Of a DNA stretch of 64,000 nucleotides, positions 11,801 to 22,100 are shown piece after piece. The translations under genes and the position numbers were made by a program. The first letter of the stretch is position 1. Each line of letters starts with the position of its first letter. The notes beneath the pieces were generated by a model. It ran no database searches and had not been told where the DNA came from. It worked only from the letters and a program-made list of their open reading frames with translations. Source of the DNA: an uncultured Planctomycetia bacterium (GTDB taxonomy: Bacteria > Omnitrophota > Gorgyraeia > JABMRG01 > JAFGKX01); assembly GCA_964570585.1 (NCBI GenBank), contig CAZMYR010000001.1, forward strand, positions 17,441 through 81,440, written 5' to 3'.

Positions 11801-14800
11801 GCCCCAACCATAGGTATTACAGTTTACCCAATTAAGCAGGTCTGCTCTTGAGCCGGTGGTGATATCAGTCTGAGACATTTCAGTAACAACAGCGTCAGGA
11901 GTTGTGTCAACCATGATAGCTACTATGGCACCTTTTTCTCCTGCCTCGATATACTCTTCTGTAACCCGGGTGTTCCTGAGCTGCTTGGCAGGAGCAAAGG
12001 CATCACGGTTGATATTGCTTAATTTACCGGTTATAACATTAACATAGTTTTCACCGCGTGTATGATCCAAGGCTAATTTTGCACCTGGAGCTAATTGGAC
12101 ATACTGCATACTCCAGCCTGCCATCTCCCATTTTTCGGTGGCGTTTATCAGGCTTTCAGCCATAGTCTTGAATCTTATTGCTATTTTGCGCTCATCCTCC
12201 TCGGTTATCTTTGCATCAGGTGTTATTTTAGCCAAAACTACTGCTGGCATCTGTGAATTTCTCTCAAACATCATCTGTTTTCTATAGGTCTCGGCCATGC
12301 TTAGCTCATTATCGTCATTTACCCCTTGGAATTCCCTGATATCCGCCAAGGCAGGAGCGATAACACTTAATGTACCATTTTGGGCAAGAATAGCAGAAAT
12401 CTGAACAAAATTTATCTCTCCTTTCTTGTTGGCAGAACTATCATAAGGATTTAGAAAATCACCCGCACTATCTTTAGGGAATTTCTCCAAAGTACTGAAT
12501 ATATCTTTTGCTTTTCCCATAAAGAGTCCTACATCGTCGCAGCCAAAATCTAATTTTGCACCTTTTTTGCTGCCTATTACCCTTCCATTTTTATCTACCA
12601 TGATAGGAGCGTAGGGGTCCTTTTTATATGTAGTAGCTATGCTAAAGGAGACATCGCCTAAGGCTTGATGTATCATAGTAAGCCAAAGAACAGTCTCCGG
12701 ATTCAATACTGCCATATCTCCCCATACAACAAGTAGATCTCCATCAAATTGCGCTAAATTCTCCTTTGCAGAAAGTACTGCGTGGCCGTCACCTTTTATA
12801 TAGTCCTCAAAGACATATTCTGCATCAAACCCGCCTTTATCTAAAGCCTCTTTTATCTCTGCAAAATTTCCGCCTTTACCTTCTTTTCCTAATGCATCCC
12901 TCCATTGTTCGGAACGGACTACAACAACGGGTTTTTTATCTAAAAACGCTGTCTGTCTTAATACGTGATAGATTATAGGTTCGCCGCATACCTTCTGGAG
13001 AACCTTTGACTTCTTGTCTGTCATCCTGGTACCCAGGCCTGCAGCAGCAACAATAACCCGTACCGGCCTTTGAAGCTTAAATTCTGCTGAATCTTTTATA
13101 CCCAGGATATCAAGAGTTAACCTTCTAATAGTATCTTTATTCTTTTCATAATTAGCCCCATCCCTTATAAGGTCTCTTAAGACGCTCTTGGCTAAAAAGT
13201 TCCTTAATTCTGTTAGCTCTTTTTTAAATTCAGCTATAGAAGAAAAACCGCCTTTCGTGTCCTTGACTTTGTAGTGTAGCGCCAAGAACCTACTCTGTAT
13301 AAGCTTGTTTAAATCTGTGGCATTAACAAATTTCATCTTTTGTATAATATTTTCAATCTCGCCATAACCTGGCCGGGTGAAGAGGCCATAAATTAAGTAT
13401 TCCAGCTCACCGATGGGGTCAACTCGCATAACAGAATAATCTATTAAAAAAGGTGAACCATCGGGTTTTATTAAGATGTTTCTGGTGTTTATATTCCAAG
13501 TCCCGGGAACATCTTTGCCCTGCAGGTATGAAGCTACATCGGTTATATTTATAACTGTATCTATGAGCTCGATACCGCGATAACCCATAGCCCCTTCATT
13601 AATGCCCTCAAATTTCTCGCCAAAAGGTACACCTTCGGCATAAGGATAGACTATCGCCTTTGCATCTTCTAAGCCGGCCCATTTATCTTTACCGGCGCTC
13701 ATAACCACTGGCCTATATATATGGGGATAATCCTCCGGGACTCTTCGTAAAAATTCATATATCTCATCTGCTTGCCTTTCCATACCCTCTGTTTCTAACT
13801 TCTTAATAACAAAAAGCTGCCCACTTTGTTCATCTTCTGCTAACAAGAGTTTCTCGCTTCCGTGTATCGGCCCGATGATAATAAATGTTTTTTCACCCAT
13901 CTTGTTACACAGGGTCAGTTTTTCAACAACTCCCTCTTCTCCAGCCGAGCTGGCTTTGACCATAGTATCGGCGGCTGAAGCTACCTCGGATCTTTCAATT
14001 CTCTGTCTAACGCCCTTAAACTCATCCGTAGTCCTGGCAACATCCATAACATCTGGCCAGAAAAGAAGCGTTTCCCCGTCGCTTTGCATCTGTTTTCTTA
14101 CATCTTTTTCGACCTTTTCAATAAAGGCATCTTTCGTGCTATCATTTATTCCGCTCATATACCTTCTTTCATTTGGTTCTGGCATCTCATCAAATACAAT
14201 CTCTGTACCGTCTGCTAAGGTTATAGAATAACGCGTTTCCTGTTTCACCGCATCCCCATGCTTCGCTGGCATTTTGGTGGTTTTGATATCACTTCGTTTT
14301 ACGGTATGGGGAGGTCTGCTATCGTCTATTTCAAAGTAAACCACTCTGTCTTCTTTCTGCTTCACATCACCAACTAAATCCTCTATTATTATTACCGGCT
14401 TTAGCCTGATAATAGCTCCTGTTTGGTCTACTTCCATACGATATGTTGTCTCTACCGGATGTTTGGTGATTTTAGTGCCTTCTACTTTTTCCACCCCTGT
14501 TCTTGGTGGTAAAAATTCTACAACGAATTCGCCCGCAAGTATATTAAGGCTATCATGCAATTCTTTATTGCCATGTTTTAATGCCGCAGCGGCCTTCTTG
14601 GTAAGGGTGTTTATCCTTTCTATTGTCCTTGCCTGAAGGTTGTGTAGGGCCTCTTTGCGTTTGTCTGGAATCTCATAAATCTTCCCTTCTTCTATCATCT
14701 CTTTTCCAAGATACCTCATACGTTCTTTATAATCTACGCGGTCATCATATTTTTCCATAGCTTCGAATCTGTCCAGGGTTCTTCTTACCACCCTGTTTAA

Positions 14801-17800
14801 GATATGCCAATCTGCCATAGCGCTATGTTCCTTACGCACCTGTAGGGGTATATTGGGCCTTGTTGCGGTCTTTAATCTATGGTGTCCACCTACTGTCCTG
14901 GTCCATGTCATAAGCCGGCCTGTCACGACCCTTACCAGATAGTTAAAGTATGGCTCTTCTCTCCTGTACAGCTGGCCTATTGTTGGTATAGGAAAAACTG
15001 AATCATCAAAACTGAACATATTCATACACATAAAAATCCTTTTGGATAAAGTGGTATCTTCTTGCGGGTCAAGAAGTGCGGTAACAGCCTCTGGCCTTGC
15101 AAGATAGAGTACCTTAAGGGCCGCCTCCTGCAACATATCAGAATCTATGGCACCCCTTTCCAGAAATGAATCTATCTGAGCATCGGCTGATTTATCTCTA
15201 TCGTGATTAAAGTGGGTTGTTGCGCACTGATTCCTTAAAAAGCGAATCTCATCCACATTGCCTGTAAATACCGAGCCTGCAAAACCCCTCTTATCCTTAT
15301 CTACAATCATCGCTCCTGTATTTGGGTTTACTGCAAAGGCACCAAGCGCCCTATCTAATACGCCAAGATAATCCACTGTATATCTATCATATTCATATGT
15401 ATGATATTCTGGAAATTTTTTCTCTTTATCTTCTGGCTTATTATCAACATGGGCAAGTATCGCATCCTCTGATACTACAACCCGTTCAGGAAGTCCTGTA
15501 TCGAGTAAGGCATTAAATCGCGTAGTATTATCAACATTCTTTTGAACTATCTGTCCTGCCTTCTCTGGTATTAAGGCGGTAGTCTCCTTTTCCTCCGGGC
15601 TACTATATCCATAGTATATCCTTATAACATCTGTTACCTTCTTGGAAAGAGTTGGATGAGTTCTTAGATATGCTACAAAATCCGATTCAGACTTTATTTT
15701 TTGCTTAGCAGCAGTGTGTAATTCCTTGAAGAATTTTTTTCTCATATCCTTAACCTCTTGCCTTCTCTTTTCTAAAATATCATCAAGCACTTTCCTTTTG
15801 GCAACCCTCATAACCGGGAGAGAATCATCATCCACTGAAGCCATTCTGAGACCCATTGCAAGCATAATGGTAAAGTTTCTTATCCCAGATATATTAGAGG
15901 CAAACTGGTCAGCCAAAATTCTTTCCAGCTGTGGCCTAATAGAGTCTACATCCTTAAACTGGCGTAGAATATCTTCGCGCAACTTGTCCTGGCGCCAAAG
16001 ATCTGTATAACGTTCAGTAAGCGTATCGATTACCTTTTTTACGATGTTGTCTCTTACATCCCAATCGACATAGGTTATATTGAAACCTCTTTTTTTAAAA
16101 GTCTCAATTACCATCCTATCTAATTCCCCCCATTTCATAGCGCGTATATCCTTTGGTGTCTTTTTACCCCCAAAAAGGGTTTTATTTACCCATTCAACCT
16201 CTTCGTCTTTCATCGGCTCTGCCTTGGCTCCAGGACCTTTAGTGAGTACATTCGAGGTAACAGCTATAGGGATATTGCGGTGACCAAACTCATCTAGAAC
16301 TTCAGTTTGACGCTCCAATACTCTATATAATGCACTGGGTCTTCTATATGAAGGTATCCATAAGGGGCCCAGGGTTATATCTCGCGCGCGCGCCATAGTA
16401 GCTCCTTTTTTAATTAAACGCCTCGATTCATCTAAAGCTGTTTCTGCAAATTTCTTCATATATTTAGGGAGGTCTTCTGCAGCCAGCTCATAAAATACCC
16501 CTTTACCTCCTGCTACATCTGAAACAATAAGATAATCTTCAAGTGCGCTGGTAAGATTAAGATAGTCCGGGGCATAGCCATTTATATAGCCGTGATATCT
16601 TAATATGTCTTCATCATATATATAGTAATTGACACCCTCTGGCGTTTCTATTCTCTTGATATTAACCTTTTTGCCGGTCTTATAACCTATCACCCTTAAA
16701 AAGTAGAGAAAGTCCTTGCCAAAATCGGTTGGCTCATCTTCATCATTAAAAATCATCTTAATATCATCCTGAATAGCAGCAGGCCTTATGCCTAAAACTA
16801 CCTGCAGAAGAGGTGCATTGGCCTTTTCGAGTAAGAATCTCTTTATGGCTTTTCTGTTTTCGGGAACATTATCGGCAAAGGCCTTATTACTCACCTTAGT
16901 TTTATCATCTCTCAGCAGTCCGCTGGCAACATTAGATATTCTTCTTACATTATCGGTATATTCTATATCATCAAAAAGATAAGCCAATTTATCCCTGAGG
17001 GCATCAGCTGCCTCCCTAAGCCTGCTTCGTCCCGTTATAGTGGTTGGGTCGGTCTCTTCAATTGTCTTTATAGGCACAAAAGATCTATATCTGTCTATAA
17101 TAACCGGTATGTAAGGGAGGTTGAATGTAAAACCGGAGATGTTTCTTTCAATCTGAGCGCCCACATAGATAACAGGCCTTCCATGTTCATCTACATCTTT
17201 CTCCTCCTTTAAATTTATAAATGCGTGGGGTTCCTTCTTTGTAACCTGCTCAGTAATCTCTTCTATAGTAAGCTCTTTATCATAATTATCAGGCAGCTCA
17301 AACGTCTCCATAAGCCCATCTATGGAAAAGAGTATAGAACCGGTGTGGAAATAAGGAAAGTGAGTTCTTAATTGGTCTTTGTCTAATTCAGATACGTGCC
17401 TTTTAAATTCTTCTGTCATATCATTCTTATCAGCAATGACCATCTTACTTTCGCCTGTCTCCTTATCAATCGCTGTTAAAAGAAGCCCTCCTCTTTCATT
17501 TCTGTTTTCAGCAACGCCTACTAAAGCTACTGGGACCGGTCTACCATCCTCTCTCGCTTCCTCTATCTGCTCAGCCAAAAGACCCTTTAATTCTGCTGAT
17601 AACCTTCCGGCAGTATTATTCATATGGGCGTTCATCACAAAGTTTATATTGTCTCTTTTTAACTTTGCTAAAATACCGTTTAATATAAGCCACCTGACAA
17701 AATCCCAGTGCCCGGGAGGATTGGTTACTAATCTGCCATCTGAAAGCCTGAGCGGTTTTCCAATATGTTGTCTTTGGATAGCGATACCTCTGCGTAACGC

Positions 17801-18772
17801 CTCTAATTCTTCTTCGGAAATCTTTTCTTGCCGATAATCCTCCTCCTTTTGTTCAAGGTAGTGGATTAATATAGTTTCTGAGGGTGTAAATCTTATCTGT
17901 ATCCCCTGTTCAAATATCTCTATATCGTTGCGGTTATAGCCATAATGGTCATTCCTCTCCAAAATCTCTTTTATCATCTCTCCAGTTTCACCGCTCCCCA
18001 TGAAATATACTTTAACCCGGGCACTCTTATCTTTGGTTGCTTCTCTCAGTTCCTCTTGTGAACGTTTCGCTTCTGCTATCTTAAGCTGCACAAACCCATA
18101 AAGCTGGTCTGGATTATCCGAGTTTAATTCAGGTATAGCAAATACAAATCCGGCCCTCATCTCGCCTTTTGTCCGTGTGCTTAATCCTCCTGCAGAAGAC
18201 CCAAAAGACGCAGGTATTCTACTGCCACGTTCTCTGAGTTCATGCAGTCGCCTTTCTTCCATATTCATAATATCTATAGGGCCTCTCCTACCGGTGGGAT
18301 CTGTGGTTGGCGGCGATTTAAGTTCCATCGGCCTTCTTATATTAACATCTTCTACGTAGTGGGCCTTCTGGGCAAAGTTTCGCATCGCCTCAAATGTCGG
18401 TAGCTCAGTCTCAAAGAAATGAAACTCAAGTAAGTCCCGGGCCTGCTTAAGTATGCGCTGCGCTTGTTCCTTCTTACCCTGTTTCAGCGCCTGCTCAGCC
18501 AAATCAAGCTGGGTGTTGTATATATTGTATAACTTCCCGTGTAAATGCTCAGGAATAACAACATCTGGTTTTATTGGACGGTTACCGCTTGAACTACTCT
18601 TCAGAGCTGCTACTATTGGCGGCCTACCTTCAAAAACCCCGACTGAAGAAGGCCTCAGATGGTCCTGAAGAATCACTGTAGTATCTACAGGAGCTGCCCA
18701 TAAGGTATTGGTTATAGTAAATGTTATCGCTATACTCAAGTTTAAAACCTTCGCTAATATCTCTTTAATCAT
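8894..18772 (-). CDS. Giant secreted multidomain protein (3292 aa) containing an APH/anomeric-sugar-kinase-like module followed by a sugar-1-phosphate nucleotidyltransferase module, plus at least 7 copies of the K-S-S-S-A-G linker motif.
   Basis: ORF track entry. ATG at 18770-18772 with GAGGAGGA 5 nt upstream. N-terminus MIKEILAKVLNLSIAITFTITNTLWAAPV is signal-peptide-like. Stop TAA at 8894-8896. Confidence 0.85.
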   Translation of the reverse strand: MIKEILAKVLNLSIAITFTITNTLWAAPVDTTVILQDHLRPSSVGVFEGRPPIVAALKSSSSGNRPIKPDVVIPEHLHGKLYNIYNTQLDLAEQALKQGKKEQAQRILKQARDLLEFHFFETELPTFEAMRNFAQKAHYVEDVNIRRPMELKSPPTTDPTGRRGPIDIMNMEERRLHELRERGSRIPASFGSSAGGLSTRTKGEMRAGFVFAIPELNSDNPDQLYGFVQLKIAEAKRSQEELREATKDKSARVKVYFMGSGETGEMIKEILERNDHYGYNRNDIEIFEQGIQIRFTPSETILIHYLEQKEEDYRQEKISEEELEALRRGIAIQRQHIGKPLRLSDGRLVTNPPGHWDFVRWLILNGILAKLKRDNINFVMNAHMNNTAGRLSAELKGLLAEQIEEAREDGRPVPVALVGVAENRNERGGLLLTAIDKETGESKMVIADKNDMTEEFKRHVSELDKDQLRTHFPYFHTGSILFSIDGLMETFELPDNYDKELTIEEITEQVTKKEPHAFINLKEEKDVDEHGRPVIYVGAQIERNISGFTFNLPYIPVIIDRYRSFVPIKTIEETDPTTITGRSRLREAADALRDKLAYLFDDIEYTDNVRRISNVASGLLRDDKTKVSNKAFADNVPENRKAIKRFLLEKANAPLLQVVLGIRPAAIQDDIKMIFNDEDEPTDFGKDFLYFLRVIGYKTGKKVNIKRIETPEGVNYYIYDEDILRYHGYINGYAPDYLNLTSALEDYLIVSDVAGGKGVFYELAAEDLPKYMKKFAETALDESRRLIKKGATMARARDITLGPLWIPSYRRPSALYRVLERQTEVLDEFGHRNIPIAVTSNVLTKGPGAKAEPMKDEEVEWVNKTLFGGKKTPKDIRAMKWGELDRMVIETFKKRGFNITYVDWDVRDNIVKKVIDTLTERYTDLWRQDKLREDILRQFKDVDSIRPQLERILADQFASNISGIRNFTIMLAMGLRMASVDDDSLPVMRVAKRKVLDDILEKRRQEVKDMRKKFFKELHTAAKQKIKSESDFVAYLRTHPTLSKKVTDVIRIYYGYSSPEEKETTALIPEKAGQIVQKNVDNTTRFNALLDTGLPERVVVSEDAILAHVDNKPEDKEKKFPEYHTYEYDRYTVDYLGVLDRALGAFAVNPNTGAMIVDKDKRGFAGSVFTGNVDEIRFLRNQCATTHFNHDRDKSADAQIDSFLERGAIDSDMLQEAALKVLYLARPEAVTALLDPQEDTTLSKRIFMCMNMFSFDDSVFPIPTIGQLYRREEPYFNYLVRVVTGRLMTWTRTVGGHHRLKTATRPNIPLQVRKEHSAMADWHILNRVVRRTLDRFEAMEKYDDRVDYKERMRYLGKEMIEEGKIYEIPDKRKEALHNLQARTIERINTLTKKAAAALKHGNKELHDSLNILAGEFVVEFLPPRTGVEKVEGTKITKHPVETTYRMEVDQTGAIIRLKPVIIIEDLVGDVKQKEDRVVYFEIDDSRPPHTVKRSDIKTTKMPAKHGDAVKQETRYSITLADGTEIVFDEMPEPNERRYMSGINDSTKDAFIEKVEKDVRKQMQSDGETLLFWPDVMDVARTTDEFKGVRQRIERSEVASAADTMVKASSAGEEGVVEKLTLCNKMGEKTFIIIGPIHGSEKLLLAEDEQSGQLFVIKKLETEGMERQADEIYEFLRRVPEDYPHIYRPVVMSAGKDKWAGLEDAKAIVYPYAEGVPFGEKFEGINEGAMGYRGIELIDTVINITDVASYLQGKDVPGTWNINTRNILIKPDGSPFLIDYSVMRVDPIGELEYLIYGLFTRPGYGEIENIIQKMKFVNATDLNKLIQSRFLALHYKVKDTKGGFSSIAEFKKELTELRNFLAKSVLRDLIRDGANYEKNKDTIRRLTLDILGIKDSAEFKLQRPVRVIVAAAGLGTRMTDKKSKVLQKVCGEPIIYHVLRQTAFLDKKPVVVVRSEQWRDALGKEGKGGNFAEIKEALDKGGFDAEYVFEDYIKGDGHAVLSAKENLAQFDGDLLVVWGDMAVLNPETVLWLTMIHQALGDVSFSIATTYKKDPYAPIMVDKNGRVIGSKKGAKLDFGCDDVGLFMGKAKDIFSTLEKFPKDSAGDFLNPYDSSANKKGEINFVQISAILAQNGTLSVIAPALADIREFQGVNDDNELSMAETYRKQMMFERNSQMPAVVLAKITPDAKITEEDERKIAIRFKTMAESLINATEKWEMAGWSMQYVQLAPGAKLALDHTRGENYVNVITGKLSNINRDAFAPAKQLRNTRVTEEYIEAGEKGAIVAIMVDTTPDAVVTEMSQTDITTGSRADLLNWVNCNTYGWGEHFDNLAFYNLKGIEIINGEEKKVCYIQFWTAGQGVNCADHDHSELTKDTTFGEIHFCMRNGTGKGGMVYYNESGKPAYLPLPRGHAHGPFWGFDPETGKPVTTAGGVVAYGQHRWEGGGSFIELGKPNRYDLWAVFELVPEVAIIPVAGKSSSAGKIVRIGDVGIKVEDITRENLANNGLVFAHIKENFPFDNFEKLSREARSVGDISLNERMIQSMFEHTPFEITGCFRMPGIDNAYISFLKAELSGFADIQILMRIKGRRSLEAYIAHLTKEQMERIKDKPALAHNIAAQNVLERNIRLMAQIQESTKSSSAGAKEQKSVTEIFSSLLKTLHAINYIPEIPSAGDYTFRNMGANTRWSSVKIKQGKLIFLKSGIDTSAVIFGPGSLYMETDKPGFKIGHKWWEYKGDNPLVDVRIDKKGSIYAIVKQEVIAQLTEDWKSDYAAKYLPPSEDLPLTLVSELDTAAISKLLPKPISTSKSSSSGVILAGEEVKVIEPEILVRLALDIPMNDVRASRLLLLYNVLIGFKKQVSKLGYDQQFIKDAKLGQKGLLLLQCDDFNITLLSLKETEGAYILLYQVRDLQNMLEGFMPVAALVQKIGDKSAEAGIAILTGKQIVELQKQNLVAGPAPRKELLKRLPDAEKILVRRAGAKYTKAEKAYAKKVQAFAMDDMMVGREKSSDKPNKSSSAGNRALAELNRGLLNAENILLDALVKETTQVPGEVELLNDSLLTESLQKLTQLSAKATRLKVETTLTSAEEELIQLKIATQRSVIEFARVCAPIARIESEGTIIVDANAIPDIKQRMAVISMLKDHRLRDALEYALSFKDKGQVTKKTQIVLLADVNRQTLNRKKTILISDKQQLADVKLFKIGVKKDDILLPMAELIAVARGLLSLNEDNFNQLFPAIKKMYQQYTQNTIEAIVEQALREGTWSVFELIITTLPGVEKLSQEEIERLQRQAWAALIAA
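12380..13080 (-). other. Sugar-1-phosphate nucleotidyltransferase (NTP_transferase fold) module inside the 3292-aa protein
   Basis: VIVAAAGLGTRM verified at 13021-13074. This is the G-x-G-T-R glycine-rich loop of GlmU, RmlA and MurU-type nucleotidyltransferases. Downstream LLVVWGDMAVL fits the family. Boundaries are approximate. Confidence 0.55.
13380..13700 (-). other. Protein-kinase-like / aminoglycoside-phosphotransferase-fold sugar kinase module inside the 3292-aa protein
   Basis: Translation PGTWNINTRNILIKPDGSPFLIDYSVMRVDPIGELEY (verified at 13451-13510). It resembles the HGDxxxxNxxxxxxxxxxxIDxE catalytic/Mg loop of APH, choline-kinase and AmgK-type kinases. Boundaries are approximate. 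Confidence 0.4.
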
Positions 18773-18898
18773 CTCATCCTCCTCATTTGTTTAAAAAGTC
18801 TTAAAAAATCCAGGCACAAAAAATCCCTCTCATCTAAAGTAAACTCATTTTTGGAATCACTCCTGACTTAACCAGGTGGATTCTAAATTTTAGGTTTG

Positions 18899-18928
18899 GT
18901 TATACCCTTTCTGCTGTACTTTATGCAA
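18899..18928 (-). promoter_or_regulatory. Candidate sigma70-like promoter for the 3292-aa gene (TTGCAT-18-TATAAC on the minus strand)
   Basis: Read from the reverse complement of 18893-18930; sits directly after the upstream terminator. Confidence 0.3.
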
Positions 18929-18950
18929 GAAAATCGCCTTCGGCGATAAC
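18929..18950 (-). terminator. Rho-independent terminator of the 1900-aa gene (minus-strand reading: ATCGCCGAAGGCGAT followed by TTTTCTTGC)
   Basis: Perfect 6-bp stem with a TTCG-type loop at 18933-18947, and a T-run on the transcribed strand. A second hairpin GCCCCGAAGGGG lies at 18961-18972. Confidence 0.5.
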
Positions 18951-19161
18951 TCTGACCTGTGCCCCGAAGGGGTATGCGCGATTTTCAGTGGTACCTGATT
19001 TTGAAATTCCATACCATAAATTATAAATATACTTTTTTAAAACTTATTTAAATTATACCAAAACTTCTTCATATTGTCAATTATTTTCTTACTAAAATCT
19101 CAGATTTTTCGGTAGATAAAGAGAAAATTTTATTCAGGCCTACCAAAAGACGAAATATATA

Positions 19162-22100
19162 CTATGCGGCGGCATTTATGAATTGGACAATTCTAAAATC
19201 AGCATCGGGCTTCAGATATCTTCTGTCCGTCCTATCTGCATCTTGCACCTTGTCGCCTTCAGTGGCTTTTGGTTCAGGTTCCTGTCTGGTGGTATCACTG
19301 GATAAATCCTTTCTACCTAATAATCTGGCTAACCCGCCACTTACGCTGAGTTGACCAGCTGCTCCTTCTCCGGAAATATCTGGAATTCCAAATTGGGCCA
19401 GATTTTTATTACTGAACTCGGGACGGCCTGTAACATCAATAACTCTGCCAATACCTTCTGGAAAAGAAGGTATTGTTGTCTTCTCATCCGGAAGCTCTAC
19501 TTCAAGAGTTACCAGCCCCTCAAGTTTTCCATAGTATCGGTCTGTTTCTGCCGTTAATCCGTCTTTAAGGGGAACGCAATATCTATCCTTAACAATAACT
19601 CTTTCGTTCGCAAGAGGCCCAAGTCTTTCATAAGTTTCAGCTGATATCGGAATTTCTATTTCTCTTCTTGAAATTCCTTCTCCTATCTTAATGGTAAAGA
19701 AATATTTAGTGCCTTTTTGCCTAATTCTTACTTCCGTATCGCCTTCTATGAATAGATAACGTTGAATAATCCTTGCCGGTGTATAAGAATTCAAAAATTC
19801 CGGAAAATCAAAAAGTAGAAACTTCCTTTCTATCTCCAGGCCTTCTTCTTTTGCCTTAAGCTGAGTTGCAATCTTTTCTAAAATCTCCTTAAGCAAAGCC
19901 TGCCTTAGTCCGACATCATCTATAAGTCCGGTTAGAATATCTGTTATTCTCAAATATAAATCTCTTATATGTTCATTTTTCCAGACGTCTTCTTTAGGCG
20001 GTACCAAAACTGTTTCTTCCCCACTCAACTCTCCGTCAGGCCTCTTTCTTTCAACGATTAACTTAGAGCCTGCTCGTAAGTTTCCCTCATTATCAAGACC
20101 AAGCACGGCATAGACCACAGGCGCATTCATAGGAACGCTTTCCGGATCCTTAACTGCACAATATCCTTCTCTGCCCATAGAACCATCCCTATCGACCAGG
20201 ATAGGCTCGGTATTTATCTGCTTAAAACCAGTAATCTCACCGACATACCTCATAAATTGTGCAGCCGGCCTCATATTTATCTCGGTGTTACCATCAGGTA
20301 AAACCTTTGTTCCAACGTTAATGGGCTTAATCTCCACATGGGTCGTCATTCTGTTGGTTGCATTCTTTACCTTTTCCAAAAGCCCTGCCTGAGAAATCTG
20401 CGCATATTCCTCTAAATTCAAATCAAATAATCTTAAGATTGAATTAACCTTAATATAAAATTGATTGCTGCTAAAATTATCTCCTGGAAGCGGCTGGTCC
20501 AAATTCATATCCTTGCCTTTGCTTAAGACATGGACAAATGTTCCGCCTTTTTCTACTTCACCCTTAATGCCAGGCTTTAGCCTTTTTCCTTTGAAAATAA
20601 TACTCAGTTTATCTCCTTCTAACTTTAGCTCTATACCTTTTGGGAGCTTGGATGACCTTATAATTTTCCCTTTTCTTGCGATAACCCTAAATTCTTTATC
20701 CTCTCCTTGGAAACAAGCAGGGTCAGTAGACCGAAAACTACCGAATATCTTATCGTCCTTGTTTATACTATAAACGGTGTTCTTCTCTATCAGAAGAGTC
20801 AAGATATCGACATCTTTCTTTCTCATAAGATAAGCGGCCTTGGCCGGATCCAGCATACCACCTACATCATCGCCATTTGCTATATGAAGTACTTTAGCGC
20901 CTCTCTGGGCCAACTCGAATAATCTCCTGCTTAAGACCAGCTTGGCAATGATATCGAAATGGCCAACCGGCTTACCGGTATACCCGCCGTCGTCATTTCT
21001 GAATATATCTCCCATATCGCCATTATCGGATAACCATTGTTCTACATTTGCATCAGCATCTTTTCCGTGAGGCAGGTTATATTTTTTACTATCTAAAGGG
21101 GCACCTGAAGCTCTTATGTCTTTATCTGTCGGATTAACCCTGGGTATCTCCCCCTGGGCATATAAGTATAAATCATTCGGAGAATAAATCCCGTATCCGG
21201 CTACCCTTTTCCCAAGATAACCGATATTATTACCACTGCCCATAATCGCCAAGGGTATATATCCCCGGCGAGCTTTTTTAACCAGGTATTTTAAATACAT
21301 CATCTTTACTTCAACGCTGCTAAATAGCCTTCCTGCTATCTTCCATATCGGGGCAAGGAGCTTCAACTTCTGTGATTCTGGTATCTTTACCTTATACCCA
21401 TAGAACCTGCCGGAAGTGCCACCGCCCGGAATTACTTCAGCAATCTCTTCGTTCTCCACCATTTCCATCCCTTCATCATCAAGTTCCTGTATATTCATTC
21501 CGCTTTCTGAAACCGCATCTTCAAAACTCCTGACCTTACTTTTTGGCGGGGCAATCTCTGACTCAGGAAAGCTGCTCTTTTCGACACTAAGCTTACCTGT
21601 TTTATATTGTCTTTGTAATCCTAAAAATTCCTCAAAATCTACAGAAGCAGAAGTATCAGGGTCATCTTCATTAAGAGGAGGAAAATACTTCTTTATTATC
21701 TCTAAAGCCTCTTGAGGGTCTTTCTTTTTTGTCAACTCAAAGATAGTGTGCGAATCGTATTTTTTTAGCCTGGGCTCATATATCCTGACCATCGGGTCGC
21801 GTAACAGGTACTTAATAAATGGGCAAGAATAACCGTTATCAATCAACAATCTTCCAAAAGACGTCTCTTCTATTGGAATATCAAAGATTGAATGCATTTC
21901 GCTAACTGCCTCTAATGGTCCAGAACTCAGGTGAGCTACGTTCTTCTGTCCATTAAGCTGTCTTTTGTCTGATGGGTCTATACCAAGAGGAAGTTTTCCC
22001 AAAACAGCATCCCGTCTAATGCTGCCGGCTATATTATTACCTCTGGGATTATTATCATCACCTAATAACCCTATCCTGCTCTCCTGCCAGGTAGCGCTCT

